From the NCBI GenBank assembly GCA_003669255.1, contig QWPO01000060.1, positions 1 to 38,117 on the forward strand: a DNA stretch of 38,117 bases, given 5' to 3'. Within the stretch, counting starts at the first letter, position 1, and every line of letters starts with the position of its first letter. Source of the stretch: Planctomycetota bacterium (lineage in GTDB: Bacteria > Planctomycetota > Planctomycetia > Pirellulales > UBA1268). Below the pieces are notes generated by a model, which worked only from the letters and a program-made list of their open reading frames with translations, was not told the DNA's origin and ran no database searches. This document shows positions 34,145 to 38,117 of this stretch, piece after piece. A program made the position numbers and the translations under genes.

Positions 34145-36925
34145 CTACCCGCCTGCCGCCGCGGGCTTCCGCTTCGGCGGCAGGCCGTCAGGACCAAAGG
34201 GATCCACCGGATCGGGATTGGGTGTGGGCATGGCGGCGCCAACCTCCCGCCGCCAGGCCTCGAGTCGAGACCGCAGTTCGGCGGCGCGCTCCGGACGTTC
34301 GGCCGCGAGATCCCGCTGTTCCCCCTCGTCGGCGGCAAGGTCGAAGAGTTCCACCCGGCCGCCCTCGAGGTGCTCGACGATCTTCTCGCGACGGCCGTCC
34401 GGTGAGTCGCCGGCGAGCAGCGCCGCCGCGGGCCGCCCCCCTTGATTGGAATAGTGCGGGTAGTGCCAGACGAGGTCGCGGGCGGGAATCGCCCCGGTCC
34501 CCGAAAGCAGTGGTCGCAGGCTCGTGCCGTCGAGTATCTCGCCGGCCGGCGGCGGGCAACCCCCGAGATCGACGAGCGTGGCAGCGATGTCAAGCGTGGT
34601 CACCGGCACCTCGCACCGCAAACCCGGCTTCACGGTGCTGGGCCAGCGGATGAGGAGTGGCACGCGGATGCCCCCTTCGTAGAGATAGCCCTTACCGGCG
34701 CGAAGCGGGAGGTTCGACGTCGGCGCACCCTCAGCCGTCGACAGGCCGCCGTTATCGCTCGTGAATACCACGAGCGTGTTGTCGACGAGATCCTGTTCCT
34801 CGAGGGCGACGAGCACGGTTGATACCGCCTCGTCCATCTCGTCGATCATGGCGGCATAGACGGGGTGATCCTGCACCGCCCGAGCCGTGCGTTCGCCTTC
34901 GGGAACCTCCCGGGGATCTGCACCCGGCAGCGCCGCGGCGCGGCGCTGCTCCTCGGCGACAAGTTCGGCGGTCGACCGCAGCGGAACGTGCACGGAGTGC
35001 AGCGGTAGGTAGCAGAAAAAGGGACGACCACGGTTGGCAGCGATGAACGCCGTTGCCTGCCGGGCAATCGCGCGGGCGTGGTGCGGATCGTCATCGGGAC
35101 CCTGCGCTGGATTGACGTCGATCGAGCCGGAGGCCTCGAACCCGTGCGACGGCACGTCCGCCGGCGGCCCGAGGTGCCATTTGCCAAAGACCCCGGTGGT
35201 GTAGCCTGCCGCCTTGAGCCGCTCCGCGACCGTAGTCTCATCAGCAGGCAGTCCCCGGAGGTATTCGGCCGGGAGCAGCGATCCGCGCCGTTCGCCGCCG
35301 ATGTAGTTCGTGATCCCGACGCGAGCCGGGAACTTTCCCGTTATCAGGGCTGCGCGGGTCGGCGAGCAGACGGGTGCGGCAGCATAGGCCTGCGTGAACG
35401 TCATCCCGGCGGCAGCGAGGGCGTCAATCGCAGGCGTACGGTAGAACGTGCTTCCTGTGCAGCCGAGATCCCGGGCGCCGAGATCGTCGGCCAGAAACAC
35501 GAGAAGGTTCGGCTTTCGTGGCACGGCCGACGTCGATACCGGTTCGGGCTTCGGCACGCCCGGATCCCACCAGCGGTCGAGCTCGGCCCGCAACCGCGCC
35601 ACCACATCCGGATGCTCTCCGGCAACGTTCGTTCGCTCGTCCGGATCGGCGATGACGTCGAAGAGTTCCGGCTCACCGCGTTCAAAGTTCTCCCGCGACG
35701 CGTCGTCGACGTGTCGCCCCTGCCACGCAGGAAACTGCTTTCCGGGAGCCGGCGGTGCCGGCACGATCAGCTTCCAGCGATCCTGCACCATCCACCGCCA
35801 GAGCAGGCTCGTCGTCGGATCGTCGAGGTCGACGATGGTGTGCGTGTAACACTCACCAAACACCTCCGTGCGGGCTGCGGTCGCCACCTCGTCCAGCAGG
35901 TTTACTCCCGGCAGCCCGACCGGCGACTCGACCCCGCATGCCTCGAGCACCGTCGGGGCGATGTCGATGGTGCTGGCAAGGGCCTCGCTCGTTCGCGGAG
36001 CAATCGTGCCCGGCCGGCGGAACATGATCGGCGTCCGCAGGCCGCCATCGTAGGGGGAGAGCTTCGACCGCGGGGCAAACCGCTTCGACTGGGGATCCTG
36101 GATCCAGCCGTTGTCGGTGACATACACCACGAGCGTGTCACGGGAGAGCCCTTCGCGGTCGAGATGGTCGAGCAGGTCGCCGACAGTGCGATCGAACCGC
36201 TCGACGTTGCCCCAGTAGCGAGCGACGTGGACGCTGTCGGTCTTCGACGAGTAGTGATCGACGAGTTCCTGCGGTGGATCGTGCGGATCGTGGGGCAGCA
36301 TCGGGGCGTACCAGACGAAGAATGGCGTGCCGGCGGTGCGGCAGCGGCCGACGAAGTCATAGATCGGTTGCATGGTGCCACGGCCGATGGCGAGCCCCTC
36401 GTCACCGTGCCGCTCACCCTTCGTCATCCCCTCGTCGAAGCCGCCGCGGGAAAAGTCCCCTTGCCACCACTTACCGGTCTGGAGGCTTTTGTAGCCGGCA
36501 GGGGCGAGCAGTCGCGGCAGCGTGGGCCACTCGTCGAGGTGGCGGTTCATCCGCTCGCGACCGGCGATGAACGCCTTGGTGCCCTGTGGGCTCTGCCGAG
36601 GGCTGCCCGGCGTGTCGGGCGGATCATTGCCGACGATCCTGTGTTCGTGCGGATAACGGCCCGTGATGATCGACGCCAGGCTCGGGCAGCAGAGGCTGCT
36701 CGTCACATAGCCCCGCGGAAAAACGAGGCTCTCCCGGGCGAGTCGGTCGAGGTTCGGCGTCCGCAGGTGCTCGTGACCCATGAAGCCGTAGTCGTGCCAG
36801 TGCTGATCGTCGGCGACGATCAAGACCACGTTGGGACGGGATGGCTGGTCGCCGCCAGCTGCGGCCACGATCCCACTCGTCCCCAGGGCTACGACCGCCG
36901 CCGCGATCCATCTCCTGATTCCCAT
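34145..36925 (-). CDS. Bi-modular sulfatase; the N-terminal module has a non-canonical FGly motif (C-C-P-S-L)
   Basis: An in-frame ATG at 36925 (or 36940) gives the signal peptide MGIRRWIAAAVVALGTSGIVAAA. The 81 upstream codons in the track ORF overlap the divergent sulfatase gene. Module 1: LIVADDQHWHD, LCCPSLASIITGRY, GKWWQG, VTDNG. Module 2: VFLADDLGARD, CSPTRAALITGKF (Cys codon 35366-35368), GKWHLG, TSDNG. Confidence 0.9.
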   Translation of the reverse strand: MGIRRWIAAAVVALGTSGIVAAAGGDQPSRPNVVLIVADDQHWHDYGFMGHEHLRTPNLDRLARESLVFPRGYVTSSLCCPSLASIITGRYPHEHRIVGNDPPDTPGSPRQSPQGTKAFIAGRERMNRHLDEWPTLPRLLAPAGYKSLQTGKWWQGDFSRGGFDEGMTKGERHGDEGLAIGRGTMQPIYDFVGRCRTAGTPFFVWYAPMLPHDPHDPPQELVDHYSSKTDSVHVARYWGNVERFDRTVGDLLDHLDREGLSRDTLVVYVTDNGWIQDPQSKRFAPRSKLSPYDGGLRTPIMFRRPGTIAPRTSEALASTIDIAPTVLEACGVESPVGLPGVNLLDEVATAARTEVFGECYTHTIVDLDDPTTSLLWRWMVQDRWKLIVPAPPAPGKQFPAWQGRHVDDASRENFERGEPELFDVIADPDERTNVAGEHPDVVARLRAELDRWWDPGVPKPEPVSTSAVPRKPNLLVFLADDLGARDLGCTGSTFYRTPAIDALAAAGMTFTQAYAAAPVCSPTRAALITGKFPARVGITNYIGGERRGSLLPAEYLRGLPADETTVAERLKAAGYTTGVFGKWHLGPPADVPSHGFEASGSIDVNPAQGPDDDPHHARAIARQATAFIAANRGRPFFCYLPLHSVHVPLRSTAELVAEEQRRAAALPGADPREVPEGERTARAVQDHPVYAAMIDEMDEAVSTVLVALEEQDLVDNTLVVFTSDNGGLSTAEGAPTSNLPLRAGKGYLYEGGIRVPLLIRWPSTVKPGLRCEVPVTTLDIAATLVDLGGCPPPAGEILDGTSLRPLLSGTGAIPARDLVWHYPHYSNQGGRPAAALLAGDSPDGRREKIVEHLEGGRVELFDLAADEGEQRDLAAERPERAAELRSRLEAWRREVGAAMPTPNPDPVDPFGPDGLPPKRKPAAAGG

Positions 36926-37058
36926 TGTCGTAGACCCCATGCGCGACACCACGGCCGACAGCCTTGTCGGCAACCCGTCCAGGGACGAGATTGAGACAGT
37001 ATGCGGGCAACGACGGCCCGCTGCATCACCCCTGAGTTCACCCCGGAGACGCTCCACT

Positions 37059-38117
37059 ATGGCCGGCATACGATCGCTGGCGGCGGCGCTCCTGCTGGCC
37101 CTCGCGGCCGCGGATGTGGGGGCGGTCGATCCAAACCCAAACGTGATCGTCGTGCTCGTCGACGACATGGGCTGGAAGGACCTTTCCTGCCAGGGGAGCG
37201 AGTTCTACGAGACACCGCAGATCGACCGGCTGGCCGCCTCGGGCATGCGGTTCACGACAGCGTACTCCGCCTGCACCGTCTGCTCGCCGACCCGAGCGGC
37301 AATGATGACCGGCCAGTATCCGGCACGGCTGCACCTCACCGACTGGATCGCCGGACACCACCGGCCGCACGCGAAGCTGCAGCCCCCTGACTGGACCAAG
37401 CACCTGCCGCTCGGGGTGGTGACGGTCGCAGAGCGGCTCAAGGCCAAGGGCTACGCAACCGCGTCGATCGGCAAGTGGCACCTTGGAGGCAAAGAGCAGT
37501 CCCCAGAAGATCAGGGATTCGATGTGAACCTGGGCGGCACCGACAAAGGTCAGCCTCCGAGCTACTTCTCGCCGTACCGGATTTCCGCGCTCTCAGACGG
37601 CCCCGAGGGGGAGTACCTCACTGACCGCGAGGCCGCTGAGGCCGTCGGCTTCATCGAGTCCCACCACGACCGACCGTTCTTCCTCTACCTTGCGCACCAC
37701 GGCGTGCACGCGCCGCTTCAAGCGAAGCCGGAGGTGGCGGCTGGCTACGCAGCAAAGCGACCCGGCATCCCAGCAACACTCGCCACCTACGCGGCGATGG
37801 TCGAGAGCGTCGATGATGCGATGGGGAAAATCCTCGACACGCTCGATCGACTCGGCATCCGCGACCGCACCGCGATCTTCTTCACAAGCGACAACGGCGG
37901 CCAGGCGTCGATCACCGACATGCTGCCGCTCCGCGCAGGCAAGGGCTCGGCCTACGAAGGGGGCATCCGCGTGCCGTTCATCGTGTCGTGGCCTGAAGTC
38001 ACCAAGCCGGGCAGCACGAGCGACGTGCCCGTGATCACGCCCGACATCCCCGCGACGATCCTCGACCTCACCAGGGCGGGGATCGAACCGGGTCAGCCGA
38101 TCGACGGCCGAAGCCTC
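37059..38117 (+). CDS. Sulfatase, 3'-truncated by the window edge (absent from the supplied ORF track because no stop is reached)
   Basis: My own translation from ATG 37059 (frame 3, 353 codons to the window end, no stop): MAGIRSLAAALLLALAAADVGAVDPNPNVIVVLVDDMGWKDLSCQG...CTVCSPTRAAMMTGQYPARLHLTDW...IGKWHLGG...FFLYLAHHGVHAPL...FFTSDNGG...KGSAYEGGIRVPFIVSWP. It has a signal peptide plus all canonical S1 sulfatase motifs. Confidence 0.85.
   Translation, partial: MAGIRSLAAALLLALAAADVGAVDPNPNVIVVLVDDMGWKDLSCQGSEFYETPQIDRLAASGMRFTTAYSACTVCSPTRAAMMTGQYPARLHLTDWIAGHHRPHAKLQPPDWTKHLPLGVVTVAERLKAKGYATASIGKWHLGGKEQSPEDQGFDVNLGGTDKGQPPSYFSPYRISALSDGPEGEYLTDREAAEAVGFIESHHDRPFFLYLAHHGVHAPLQAKPEVAAGYAAKRPGIPATLATYAAMVESVDDAMGKILDTLDRLGIRDRTAIFFTSDNGGQASITDMLPLRAGKGSAYEGGIRVPFIVSWPEVTKPGSTSDVPVITPDIPATILDLTRAGIEPGQPIDGRSL

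Noticed and set aside
23905-36925. The possibility that the multi-module sulfatase ORFs are several genes wrongly merged because of internal starts.
   Set aside because: No stop codon interrupts any of the three long frames. The junctions lack an RBS plus signal-peptide arrangement (modules 2 and 3 start directly with R-P-(S/P)-(N/V)-(I/V)-V without a leader). A single polypeptide is the most parsimonious reading, although assembly errors cannot be excluded from the sequence alone.
36926-37168. Long N-terminal extensions of track ORFs. Examples: 34145-37168 (81 extra codons), 18758-19801 (76), 23579-24037 (71), 11169-12848 (36), 17341-18363 (30), 31645-32856 (21), 19570-20880 (16), 15438-16508 (13).
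   Set aside because: The extensions overlap neighbouring genes or promoter regions and have atypical composition. Each is followed by an in-frame start that produces a proper signal peptide, conserved N-terminus, RBS or stop/start overlap. I used the shorter gene models.
1-38117. A search by eye for tRNA/rRNA genes, CRISPR repeats, transposase/integrase genes, terminal inverted repeats, phage or defence-system genes, and sharp compositional breaks.
   Set aside because: I found none. There are no T-loop/acceptor-like tRNA patterns in the intergenic DNA, no regularly spaced direct repeats, and no DDE, tyrosine or serine recombinase motifs. The only lower-GC patches are short promoter-like gaps such as 4870-4975.

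Overview
Strongly GC-rich, GC3-skewed bacterial chromosomal fragment. The gene content looks like Planctomycetota (inference only): a DUF1559 / H-X9-DG pseudopilin-like protein, PATR + dockerin-like + PEP-CTERM surface proteins, dense sulfatases, and exported ThuA and PQQ-propeller proteins. I could not run any searches; all family names come from motifs read by eye.

Three blocks:
(i) 1-11190 (+): five co-directional genes for secreted or surface proteins. Two are tandem PATR/PEP-CTERM paralogs. The others are a DUF1559 protein, a ~1430-aa multidomain protein with an F5/8-type-C module and a large unassignable core, and a phosphodiester-glycosidase fused to the same C-terminal cassette.
(ii) 11169-14658: housekeeping-like genes, namely an aldehyde dehydrogenase (-), and an Xaa-Pro aminopeptidase plus an FKBP PPIase (+).
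(iii) 14828-36925 (-): a ~22 kb almost gap-free co-directional array. It holds 2-module sulfatase, PQQ propeller, ThuA, 2-module sulfatase with an extra tail, 3-module sulfatase, DUF485-like protein, ActP, GNAT, a 423-bp gap, then a sugar-acid operon. That operon (UxaE-like epimerase, TIM-barrel isomerase, RbsD/FucU mutarotase, L-galactose/L-fucose-dehydrogenase-type AKR, amidohydrolase-2 lactonase, LgoD-like Zn-dehydrogenase, small membrane protein) reads best as an oxidative L-galactose to D-tagaturonate to D-fructuronate route.

A further sulfatase gene starts at 37059 (+), runs off the window, and is missing from the supplied ORF track.

Most interesting points:
- Eight sulfatase catalytic modules are fused into four polypeptides (3+2+2+1). 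One module has a degenerate FGly motif (C-C-P-S-L).
- These are physically coupled to an L-galactose-type catabolic operon.
- A modular PATR/dockerin-like/PEP-CTERM cassette is shared by otherwise different surface proteins.

I saw no rRNA, tRNA, CRISPR array, transposase or integrase. The many long antisense ORFs in the track are GC-driven shadow ORFs.
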